NCBI GenBank assembly: GCA_043228905.1
Contig: JBHGNT010000002.1
Location: forward strand, 23,746,001 to 23,810,000
Direction of reading: 5' to 3'
Source of the DNA: Azolla caroliniana
Taxonomy: Eukaryota; Plantae; Polypodiophyta
DNA: 64,000 nucleotides
The notes below the pieces were generated by a model. The model was not told the origin of the DNA, did no database searches, and saw only the letters and a program-made list of their open reading frames with translations. The position numbers and the translations under genes were made by a program. Positions 1 through 11,077 of this stretch are shown in pieces (the first letter of the stretch is position 1; every line of letters starts with the position of its first letter).

Positions 1-2239
1 CACCATAAGTTAGAGGTTATGTCTATTGGGCAAGCCAAAGGTAATAAATTGGGAGATAAAGGAAAACATATCATTCATTCCTTGCCCCACCTGATGTCTC
101 AGGACAAAGGACGAAAGATTGATTGTTCGGGTGTTGACATGAATTGTGAAAGCCCAATTTTTAAGGCAACCGTTGTTATGGAACCCTTTGTTTTAGGAAT
201 TAGACCGCATTTATCATAGGGAAAAATGGACTCGGGACCAACTACCTTTGTGGCTTGCCTGGGAGCGGTTTCAAATGCTCTCGGAGGAGGATAAAATACA
301 ATTCTTATCTTCCTTGTGTGGGGGTTGTTTGATGTCTGACCAAATTCAGTAGGCTTTTCGGTAGGGAGCAATATTTACATGGGGGGCTATTTTCTGGGGG
401 TCTTTGAATGTGCAGGTATCTTTGTACGAGGCGGAGCAATGCGCGGAAGCATTAAGTATGTCAAAGAGTACAATTGAAGCAGTCCGTCCAAACATTGTTG
501 GTGGTAAAAATTTTAGAAATTCTTTTGTTTGGAATATTGTTTCAGTTAATGCTTTATGGGTGTGGTGGAAGTGTTGTTGCAACAAGAAACATGAAGGCAT
601 CGATTACAATGTGGTGGATATGATTAAGATGTTTTGGGACAACTTGGTGCACACAGTTAAGGGAGAGTATGATAGTATTAAAGGAACGTCGGAAAAGGTG
701 CATAGGAAAAGGCGAAAACTTCGTAAAATATGGTGGCCAATACCTCTCTGGCTAGATGAATCACATGCAGATCGTTGGAATTATGCTCCACCATGTTGGC
801 TATTCCCTCCTCCTAGTCCTTTCTTATTTCAAAGATAATTGTGTGGTATATAGTTTTTTCTTCTTACTCTTTTTAACTTACAGTTTGATAGGAAGGACAT
901 AAAAGAGGCGAATGAGATAGGGGCGATCATGTGGAGTGACAAGGGTGAGATATTTAATACGGAAAATGAAGCATCTTCTAATTTTGGATAACGACGAGTG
1001 ATGAAGGTGTTGAGGGTTGTAACAAGATTTCATGAGCAAACAACGAGAGTAGTGTCACTTTGTTTTTGTAGGTACACGATTTTCGTGGTAAATCAGCGTG
1101 AGTGAGATGGTTGATGTTGATTTATGAAGCACAATTCTTTTTTTTTATAAGGATGAGAGATGGTGGTGTAGGGGGCTAAAGCATAGTCACTTGAGGAGAC
1201 TAGACTCATTAATTGTTTGTATGTACAGGATTTTGGCGATAATCGGCGAGATGTTTGATGTGGACTTGATGAAGAAGAATGAATGTTTTTGATAAGGATG
1301 AGTGATGTGGGTGTGGGGGGCGAAGCATATTCTCATGAGGAGATGAGGAAACAAGACTTATTGTATTGTTGTATGTGCAAGATTTTGGTGGTATTCCGCG
1401 AGATGATTGATGTGGACTTAATGAAGCAATTTTTATGGTTTCAATAAGAATGAGTGATGATGGTGTGAAAGCCGAAGTATATTCTCACGAGAAGATGAGG
1501 AATTTAAACTCATTTTATTGTCTATGTGTAGGAATTTGGTGGTAATTGGCAAGATGGTTGATGTGGACTTCACAAAGCAATTTGTATGTTTTTTATAAGG
1601 ATGAGTGATGATGGTGTGGGGGCCGAAGCATAAGCTCATGAGAGGAGAAAATTGACTTAATGTGGTTTTGTATGATAGAAAGTTGGTGGTAACCGGCGAG
1701 ATGGTGGATGTGGAAAGAGGAAGCATATTTATTAAGTTGACAGTATAATGTATTGGATCACCTTCAAATCTGTGATGTACAGGAAGTTGGTGGTAACCGA
1801 CGAGATGGTTGATGTGGAAAGAGGAAGCATATTTGTTGAGTTGACAATATAATGTATTGGATCACCTTCAAATCTGTGATATACAGGCATGGAATACATT
1901 GTTATCTACCTTGAAAGTTTCTAGTAGCATTGGGGGTTTTTTGGATAAAGATTATGTTGAACATGAGCAGGTTGAAGAAGAATTGAAAGGTTGATAACTA
2001 TGACATACGAGGGCTTGTTTCCAAATGTAAGTACTTTAGTTGTTGTCTATGGATATGATACCTTGCATCGTGACTAAGGAATAGCTTGCAATTAGTGGAT
2101 TGTTTTCTCTACTTTGGATTTGTTTCCTCAACCAGTGTCTTACACAAGATGGGTTGGGGGGGGGAACTTTGTATGTTGTAGCCGTTATGACCCTTTTTAT
2201 ACAACTAATGGAAGGATATTTTGTTTTGGAAAAAAAAAA
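1..2239 (+). mobile_element. L1-like LINE 3' portion (degenerate ORF2 C-terminus, long repeat-containing 3' UTR, poly(A))
   Basis: ORF 404-838 has W-x-x-W-K-C and ends RWNYAPPCWLFPPP, the C-terminal motif shared by other LINE pieces in the window. The segment ends in ACTAATGG..TTTTGG-A10 at 2204-2239. Confidence 0.6.
1085..1890 (+). repeat. Diverged tandem array, about 150-bp unit (last unit about 104 bp)
   Basis: The anchor GAGATG(G/T/A)T(T/G)GATGT(G/T)GA recurs at about 1104, 1248, 1400, 1551, 1698 and 1802. The last two units are nearly identical. Confidence 0.85.
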
Positions 2240-2439
2240 CTTGTGTGCATAGGACAAGTTGAACTTATCAATTAGAAATGCCAAGTTGAACATTTGAACT
2301 AATTTTGGGTCTATTAAGACAATTTTGTACTCTTTTAGTAGAGAGAGTTGTAATTCGATGCAATGAAGAAAAGGCTTAAAGTATTCATGTTTCATTTCAA
2401 ATGTATTTTTTAAGCACTCACATAGGACCTACTTTTAAG

Positions 2440-3155
2440 TGTCTATTACTAATCAATAGACCAAATTAGAGTAAAAGAAAGGTGAATAAATTGGTTAGAA
2501 GAGCCTATTCCTTCGAACCGCCCCCGAGATATGATCAAGACATTGCCAACCTACCATTGACATCTCATACCGACAGTGTTGCATAAAACATGTGTGCATG
2601 TGCTACTTGAGCGGGACAATGGAGGACCTAAACCAAGGAGGACATGATGTGATATGAGAAGATTCTTTAGACCGCCTTATAGATCTCCTTGTGTGAATTC
2701 CCTTTTTATATAGTTGGTGCACAAAGATTGAGGAGAACACTTAGGCAAACATTGAGGGAGCAATGCTCTCATGGTGAACATTGGAAGGGAAAGGCTCGTG
2801 CACCAGCCATCAGTTCACTTTCTTCTCCCACCCTCTCTCATCCTCACTCACACAATAAGACTTTGAATGCTCAACAGGGGATTAGGGCAAGTGCAGTTGA
2901 TTAACACCATTCACCAAGTCCTCAACCAAGTATAGTAGAAGATTAAATTCTGAAACCTAACTCTCATAAAGATGGGAAAAGTAAATAATCCCTCAAACTT
3001 CCATGAAGAAGTCGTTTTTGTCTAAGGAACACCCTTCGAACTCACCCAAACCACTTAGCCCTCGTCGGGCATCGTAGTGCTTTGTTTGGCCTCTTCTCAT
3101 GATAGTGCAAGCACACATCGTTCCTTCTATCCAATCACATGAGTCCTGTCTAACA
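2440..3155. mobile_element. Possible old solo LTR
   Basis: TG...CTAACA termini with an imperfect flanking 5-mer (TTAAG/TTATG). No coding capacity. Confidence 0.2.
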
Positions 3156-5539
3156 TTATGTATGTTCTGCAAATATTAGTGACTTACCCTCACCTACGTT
3201 ATGTGTGCATAACAGCTTTTAAGGCGAATTATCAACGAAAATTGCTTCACATGTCTAATGTTGGAATTTGACGCCAAAAGCTTATGAGAAAATCTTCCAA
3301 ATCCTTAACCATATAAATCTATACAAGGCCTCACTTTATTCATTCATTGACCTCCGGTCATCTAATCCATGTGATTCATGAATCATGTTGGGGTATTCAA
3401 TCATTGTGGATGCATCTTTGAGGCCAAATTCTCAATCATTTTGGGAGAATAATACATACTTGAAACATTAGAATATGATTAGAACCTTACATTTGCAATG
3501 CTATTTGGAATTTTTATCAGCTTAACCCATTTTTAAAAAATTTGATAGGAGTGTATTTATGATACAATATTATGCTACAATTTTCGTATTCAATATCATC
3601 TAAATGAAATATTAACATTCATAAACAAAATAGGATCATTAGTAGGAGCATTGAGCTTCAACGTTTTAAAATAATTGAAGCCACAATGATTTCTTAAATA
3701 AAAAGTACTACATTGAGTTTATTGTGGTCTTGCCATTAGTTCCCAAGTCATGTTAGTTCTGATTAATTATGATCCACTCCATCATCAATGCATCAAATAA
3801 AATCTTTAGAAACTCAATAATTTACTTACCAAGCGTGTTGAAAAAGTTTTGATTGTAAGGCAATGTAAAAATATAGATAAAGGTGCTAAAAGATAAGAAA
3901 ACAATGAAAACACATTTTAATTCTTTTCTTTTTTGAGAATTTTGACCCCAATATGTGTTGTGGTTGGGATAGATATCAAATAAGCCATCACGAGAGTTAT
4001 GCTACTTAGACCTAAACAAAAAGTGATAGAGTTCTCATACTAACTACTAGCACATAAAAGGTATTTCCCATTGAACCCAAATATTCATGTAGAAATATTC
4101 ATTGTCTTATAAGAAACAATTCATGTAAAAATATGCATCAGTCCTATAAGAAGAAACATGTAGAAATATGCGTCATCTTATAAGAAGAAAAGTTGATGAT
4201 GGATGTGCTAAAAGTAAGCATATTGCCAATAAGAAGGCTAGCCAAGGAAACCCATAATCACTAGCTCTTCTTTAGATTCTTTTCTAACTCTACTAACCTT
4301 GGAAGCATGGCTCAATGTTTGAAATTTAGCCCATGCATCATTCATCTAGATCTTATTCCCAAAGCCCCCTTAGAATACATCCAAATTTTTTACTGAATGA
4401 GATTTTGGGGCTTATGGACACATAGCCACTTGGGCGTCAATCAACAAGCCGAATTCTTCTTCTTCAAGTGGACTATTTCTTAGGCAATCATGGCATGATT
4501 GGCGTCCACTCCATGATCTTTCCCGTGACAATTTTCAAATATTTTGTGAGTTCTTTTGAGCACAACATTGTATGGGCTTGACCGGTGTCTTTACCGTGAT
4601 AAAAATACCACACATTGTATGCCTTAATTAAAATGTAAACTTATACTTAAAAATAACACCTCATTTTTTCTACATGTGATTAATATATGTATCACACACG
4701 TATTCCATGGTTGCAAGTGTTCCCATCCATATAGAATCAGCTTACATAAACGTATATCCCTCTCACTAGTGTGAGTAAATCACAAGAAGAGTTGGCACAT
4801 CAAGGTTTATTTATTTATGTATGTATACCTCCTTATGGAGTAGGCATGTATGAAATTCTCTAAAGAGATCATGCATGCCACTAACATAATAATCCAAAAG
4901 TTATCATATATATGTCATTGAAGCGAAGAAATCATCTTTGAAATGTTGAGAACCTTACAAAGAATCACATGAGCTAAACCATCCCATTGACTCTGGAAAT
5001 TCAAGCTTTTAGCCACTCTCGCATTTGTTCAACTAGAACACCTCTTTCATGTTGCTCGACCATTCATGACTATCGAATTTCACATCTCACGTCCTCTTGG
5101 CACAAATCCCACTCTCTTACTTATCTCTTATCTCATCTCTTGGAAGGGAACTTTCCTCAATGATATTTCACATTAGGCTTGATGGTGAGCTACATGTTGT
5201 CACATGTGCACTAAATGATTTGTATCATGAAGTAATGAAGTATCACAAAACAAAATACATTATTTCATGTATTAATAAGACTTGGAGTAGGAGTGATCCC
5301 TTTTATTTATTGCAACTAACTTGCTACTAGTTGCACCTAAAAGACACGTAAGTCTTCTCCTCATGGAAGGTAGAGAGTCTCACTATCATCAAGCCATAAT
5401 TTGTCAACGTGACTACCAATAGGAGCTTGCATAATAGATATTGCAATGTTATCATTGTAATGCCTTCCATCAACACATGCATAATCAAATCATAGCTTTA
5501 CCATTATTGATCCACAACTACAAAGAATAACATTATTGA

Positions 5540-5720
5540 TAGGGATCGGCAACCGGAGAGTGAAGTTCCCAATCCGGTTTCAAAGCTGGTTCACAAACCA
5601 GTTTAGGGATTGGTTTGGTTTGGTTCAAGTTTGAGAACCCCAAAACGGTTTAGGCTTAACCGGTTTGGCTTGGATAAGGTGAAACCGGTTAAGCCTAAAC
5701 CGAACTGTTGCCTATCCCTA
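5540..5720. mobile_element. hAT-type MITE
   Basis: TIRs TAGGGATCGGCAAC / GTTGCCTATCCCTA, perfect 8-bp TSD ATTATTGA (5532-5539, 5721-5728), and many AACCGG/GGTT subterminal motifs. Confidence 0.88.
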
Positions 5721-6636
5721 ATTATTGATCCAAATCTTGACAATATATTAAAGCTAAAGGGTCCTGCCTTAAGTACAAATCATAACTATTTCAATTGGGA
5801 GTTAGAACTTCAAAGCCAATTGACCAGAAAAAAACAACCTAACCTCATTTCACTAAAATTCAAGATGATAAAGTTTATGTGATCAGATTTGCTGATGTGC
5901 TTTTTAATTGCTGGCTCATTAAACCTGGACCATGATTTTGTATTGATATTTTTTTCTCTTGTTTCCCATTATGACAAAGATTTCTCTGCTTTGTTTGGAC
6001 TTGAAGATCCCAAAATGTGATTAACGACAAAAGAGAGAGCAGATGGGACACTTGCATAAATTGTACCAGCTAAACAAGTGTATATATCAAATGTAGGTAA
6101 TATGACTTAAATCATAAGACCACTGGTAGTTATAAAACCTCACAATTTGCATCTTATATAAAATGGAGCACTGTTACATAATCTAACCTCAAGACAGTCA
6201 AAAGCTATACAATGGAAGTGGTAGGAAGGGAGGGGGGGGGGGCCCTACTAAAAGGAGAGGAATTGTTAGTTGAGACTAGCAATTGGTGACACATTTGGGC
6301 ATGGAGACAAGTTTACAATTCATACATTCACCCAGCAACTAACTTTCATGATTGTAAAGCCTAAAAGGTATCCCATCACAGCTAGATATCATTAGACAAA
6401 ACATTTCCCCATCAGTTTCTCTGGTTCTAGCAAAAAAGCCCACATTGATAGACACTACCCACCACACTAGATTCACTAAAACTAAAACATTTTCCCCCGC
6501 ACGAATTAGAGACGCAAAAAAAAAAAACATTTTGAGAGATAAAAGAGCATGTCATGCAAATGTTACAGAGGTTTGTAATGTACAAGGCCAAGAGGTAAAT
6601 CCAAAAACTCACAATTGGGACACATTTTTAATGGTG

Positions 6637-7416
6637 TTAAAGAGTAAACCCAAGCCCTAGCTTCGGTCGTTTCGTGACATTGGGCTTCACACCGATGTCG
6701 TGAGAATCCGAAACAAGGCAAGTTCCACACCTCGGGCACTTTGGGTTCTTTCTAGACAACATGACAAACATCAAACAATTGGCGCATCCGACAGTCACCA
6801 TCGCTTGACCCTCGGTCGCATCACCATCCAATGCATCGGAGAATCCATGCTCTCCGGCTGTCATGCGGCCGATCGCGCTAACATGGCCAGCATTATGATG
6901 ATGGCTATCGGCGGGTTCATCCTTGAGCTTGATGAGATTGGCAAGGCTACATGTGTGGATTGCACCTTGGCTTCCATGAGCATTGTTGTGTTGGCTGCTC
7001 ATGGTCGGGGAAGAAGCTGGTGAAGATGTAGACGATGTGGCGGGATTCGATCCTACGATGCCTTTAGGCGACCGATCCGAAACAGGATTGGGTTTGGGGT
7101 GGTCGGGTTTCGAAACTCGACCGAACAGTGTCGTGTTGGATGACCCTAGGTGGAGATTGAGACTGAGATCCAAATTGTTGTTGTCTGTCACCATTGATGA
7201 TGATGATGATGATGAAGATGATGAAGATGAAGATGATGATAAGTTCAAATTTATGCATTGGGACAGTAATGATGGTGGTGGTGGTGGTGGTGATGGTGTC
7301 TTCATACCCAGCGAAGGGGATGAGTTAGGCCAATGAGGATCTGCAGTGCGTCCTTTGCTTGGATCTGAAGGGGTGCTAACGCCACTTGATCTATTCAAGT
7401 AGTAAATGTTTCCTGT
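6637..7416 (-). CDS. CFL1: CFL1-like protein, exon 2 (WW completion, EAR-like LDLSLNL, C-terminal GIR1-like Zn ribbon)
   Basis: Acceptor TTTTGCAG| at 7417 gives in-frame WEKCLDLK|TGNIYYLN, completing the WW domain. Also contains NLDLSLNL and MVTVGCANCLMFVMLSRKNPKCPRC, with TAA at 6637. The spliced product is 350 aa. Confidence 0.87.
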   Translation of the reverse strand, partial: TGNIYYLNRSSGVSTPSDPSKGRTADPHWPNSSPSLGMKTPSPPPPPPSLLSQCINLNLSSSSSSSSSSSSSSSMVTDNNNLDLSLNLHLGSSNTTLFGRVSKPDHPKPNPVSDRSPKGIVGSNPATSSTSSPASSPTMSSQHNNAHGSQGAIHTCSLANLIKLKDEPADSHHHNAGHVSAIGRMTAGEHGFSDALDGDATEGQAMVTVGCANCLMFVMLSRKNPKCPRCGTCLVSDSHDIGVKPNVTKRPKLGLGFTL

Positions 7417-7898
7417 CTGCAAAAGATTCATGGTTTGGATTGTGTCGGTTCGTATATTAATTAGTCCTCTTACACTCAAAATCTAGCATGATTTAACACA
7501 TATACAATGACATTTAATCTATCATCGGTATGCTGTAGGTAATGCTGAATCACATCTGTCAATAGACAAACTGAAGTATTAATCCAATGAGTAAAAGCCA
7601 ATCGCATCATTGGCATGCATTAGGTTATGCTGAATCACACCTATTATAATAATAGTAAGGGGGGTTTTAAATCCTATAAATTATTAAATCCTATACATGG
7701 TATCCTCAGTCAAATCATTTAACGAATAATGAGGCGGAAAAAAAATTATTAATGCTTAACGACGTTTTTATCAGACAGATACAAATTGCGCTTAATCTGA
7801 GGAATTAGGCTACAATAGACCATGTATGCTTAATCAAAAAGCTAGGCAGTTAATGGACGATGATCTGTGCCTTGAGAATTAAACAATAGGATTTTTAC

Positions 7899-8171
7899 CT
7901 TCAAATCCAAGCACTTCTCCCATCCTGAGGGAGGAGGGGTTCCGGAGTCGAGCTCGATAGCAGAAGATGAAGATGAAGAAGAAGATGTGGAAGAAAATGA
8001 AGACGCAGAAGATGTTAAGCATCCTAATAGATCTAAAGTAGAAGTATTCATTTGGATGAATCCATTGTCGTCTTCCTCATCATCCTCTTTGAAAACAGAA
8101 ATTCTCTTGCCTTTATTCTTCTCGTGAGACACTTGTAGCCATGAATATATCTCCATTGAAGAAGCAGCCAT
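7899..8171 (-). CDS. CFL1: CURLY FLAG LEAF 1 (CFL1)-like WW-domain protein, exon 1
   Basis: ATG at 8171. Ser-rich N-terminus, then ELDSGTPPPSGWEKCLDLK. Donor AAG|GTAAAA at 7898. Confidence 0.85.
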
Positions 8172-8219
8172 GAGGGATTGATCAGATTTTTTCTATATGG
8201 AAACTATAATAAGCAAGAA

Positions 8220-8268
8220 CCCCAACCCCAACCCTAACCCTAACCCTAACCCTAACCCTAGCCCTAAT
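8220..8268. repeat. (CCCTAA)n telomere-like/telo-box tract in the 5' leader of the CFL1-like gene
   Basis: ACCCTAACCCTAACCCTAACCCTAACCCTAGCCCTAA, with a second AAACCCTAACCCTAA at about 8472-8486. Confidence 0.8.
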
Positions 8269-8597
8269 CTCTCCAGAGCAAGAGACGCGAACGAAAGCTA
8301 TCGATAGCTAAACCGTGATTCACGCTCTGCTGTTTTTCTTTCCCTAAATCCAACAAAAAAAACAGCAGTCCTAATCTCTTTATATATTTTGTTAGATCCA
8401 GAGAGAGCCTTACTAACACACAGATGGAGGATGCAAAAGCCCTTATTCAAATGTGTTTGCTGGGTACAAAAAAACCCTAACCCTAAAGAGATGAGGAGGT
8501 AGGAGGGATCGAATCGATGATGATTCTTCTTCTTCTTCTGCAGAGATTTCTTCTACATACATATATATATATATAGAAATAAAAGAGCAGCACATAA

Positions 8598-8635
<38 letters not shown>

Positions 8636-8781
8636 TTAAACAGCAGTAGATACTTCCATTCTTTCAATTTTAATCTTCTTCTGCTTCAATTGCTTCTGCT
8701 TCTTCTTCCATTAAAGGTGGCAGTAAATATTATTTAACATTCCTGTTTTCTTATTTAATTCCTTCTTCTTTTTTTGGCCAT

Positions 8782-8814
<33 letters not shown>

Positions 8815-10454
8815 TTTGTTCTGTTTTTTTTTTTCTTAATTTTTTCTTTTCTTTTCAGATGTAGAGCTATCTCTATTTAATAATTCAATTTAGGTTTTTT
8901 TTAAACCGCATAAATAATGGCAATTAAATATCGCTTTTACTATTATCGCAATTATTCTTATTATTATGTTATTATTATTATTTATTAAATGAGGAGGGCT
9001 TAAATGAAAAAATTGCAAAAATAAAAAATAAAGTGAGAAATAATATTCCATTATGACGTATTAATGACTTCATAGCAACTGAAAAAAATGGCGCTTGGCC
9101 CCACAATATTTTAAAAGTCTTTTTTGTTTTTTTTTTATATATAATTTCTTTAATAAATCAGAAACAGATTTGTTTTCCAATATTGAATAATAATTTTAAA
9201 CAAATTATTATTTTTTGCCATTTTTCCCACATTAAATTCTGAAACGAAAACATTTTTAAAATAAAATAAATAAAAAAGAACCCCCTCCCCCCATTATTTC
9301 GTCATTATTGCAAATTACAATTATTAATATTATGAAGTCTTAAAATCTCGGTTTTGTTTTTTCCAGAACAGTTTTGCGATTTTTTGCTGATTAAATTGTT
9401 TTTTGTTTTTTTTATTAATTATCAATTCCACCAAATTAATTAAAGGCTCCTCCATCAGAAAAGGAAATTAAGGATTCGTGTATTTAAATCTCTCTATCCC
9501 CCCCCCCCCCCCCCCAAAAAAACAAAATAATTAATTAATTAAAATTAAAATTAAAATTAAATCATTTAATGCTTCTTCTTCTCCTGCTGATTCCTGTGTT
9601 TTTCTGTTTTCTTTTTTTTTCCCCCTTTGTTTTAACCTAATTCGCCATGCTCTTTCTTCATCTCCCCACACCTTTTCTTTTTTCTTCGTTTCTAATTTGT
9701 TCGGCTCCATACAATAATCCTCTGTTTTTTTGATCGCGTAAAGGAAGAAACAGTAATAATACATACATGTGTATGTATGTATGTAAATGGAATCGATTTT
9801 GTTCTTCTGCCTTCTTCTTCTTCTTCTTCTTTTTGCACTTCCCAGGATTTATTGATTTTTTCAGTGAGACTGTTAATCAGAAGAGGGGGGGGGGGGGCTA
9901 ATTAAGATTAAGGGAAGTGATAGGGTGTGATTAATGAGGACCTGCGCCGGATTATATCACCTTCCATCCCACCCCTTCCTTTAATGAGCACACTAATCCA
10001 TCCATCCCCTCCCCCTCCTCTCCTCCCAATTAATTAATTAAATGGTGACAGCTGCCCAGTTAATGCATGCATAAATGGAGTTGTGATTAAATAGCCAACA
10101 ACTACTGCCATTTACTATAACTATTACAAATTACTGTTATTATTTAACCATTATTATGGACTACTCTCCTATTGGCAATTTAATGGCATGGTTTAATATA
10201 AGCCAAAACAAGAAGGGTCTCTCAGTGAGTTAAATGCTGCTTTTCATCTTCTTCTTCTTCTTCTTCTTCTTCTTCTGCTTCAGATGATTATTATTAATTA
10301 GTTATTAACCATTATTATCATTATTAATGTGCTTGTATATATTTCATATTTTTTACTTCGGAATTATTTATATATACATAATATATTTTATGGCAGTTTG
10401 TTGTACATAGTTTCAGTTTCAGTTTCAGTTTCCTGATTTCTCCTCCTGCATTTA

Positions 10455-10905
10455 TCAGTTCTTTTTTCTTTTTTCTTTTTTCTTTTTTCTTCTTTCTTTT
10501 TCTTTTTTCTTTTTTCTTTTTTCTTTTTCTTTTTTCTTTTTTCTTTTTTCTTTTTTCTTTTTTCTTTTTTCTTTTTGCTTTTTTCTTTTTGCTTTTTTCT
10601 TTTTTCTTTTTGGTTTTTTCTTTTTTCTTTTTTCTTTTTTCTTCTTTCTTTTTTCTTTTTTCTTCTTTCTTTTTTCTTCTTTCTTTTTTCCTTTTTTTTT
10701 CTTCTTTCTTTTTTCTTCTTTCTTTTTTCTTCTTTCTTTTTTCTTCTTTCTTTTTTCTTTTTTCTTTTTTCTTTTTTCTTTTTTCTTCTTTCTTCTTTCT
10801 TCTTTCTTTTTTCTTTTTTCTTTTCTTCTTTCTTCTTTCTTCTTTCTTCTTTCTTCTTTCTTCTTGCTTTTTGCTTTTTGCTTTTTGCTTTTTTCTTCTC
10901 TCTTA
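10455..10905. repeat. Long pyrimidine low-complexity tract (TTTTTC/TTCTTTC)n
   Basis: About 450 bp made almost entirely of T and C. The Phe/Leu/Ser ORFs here are artefacts. Confidence 0.95.
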
Positions 10906-11044
10906 TTTATCTTTTGTTTTTTTTCTTTTTTCTCTTATTGTTATCATTAATATTTATGATTGGGCCTAAGCTTAAGTGGGGAAGGTGTGATTAATTAATT
11001 AATTTTGAAGAGGGAAGGGAGGGACGTTGACATGGCACAAAATT

Positions 11045-11077
11045 GCATTAAATGCGTCACACAAATGCATTAAATGG
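11045..11077. promoter_or_regulatory. Paired HD-ZIP IV (L1-box-overlapping) sites GCATTAAATGC / GCATTAAATGG
   Basis: Exact GCATTAAATGC at 11045-11055 and a 10/11 copy at 11067-11077, upstream of the CFL1-like gene. Confidence 0.45.

Noticed and set aside
10575-10994. Phe/Leu/Ser-rich ORFs of 139 and 126 aa
   Set aside because: They are translations of a T/C low-complexity tract.
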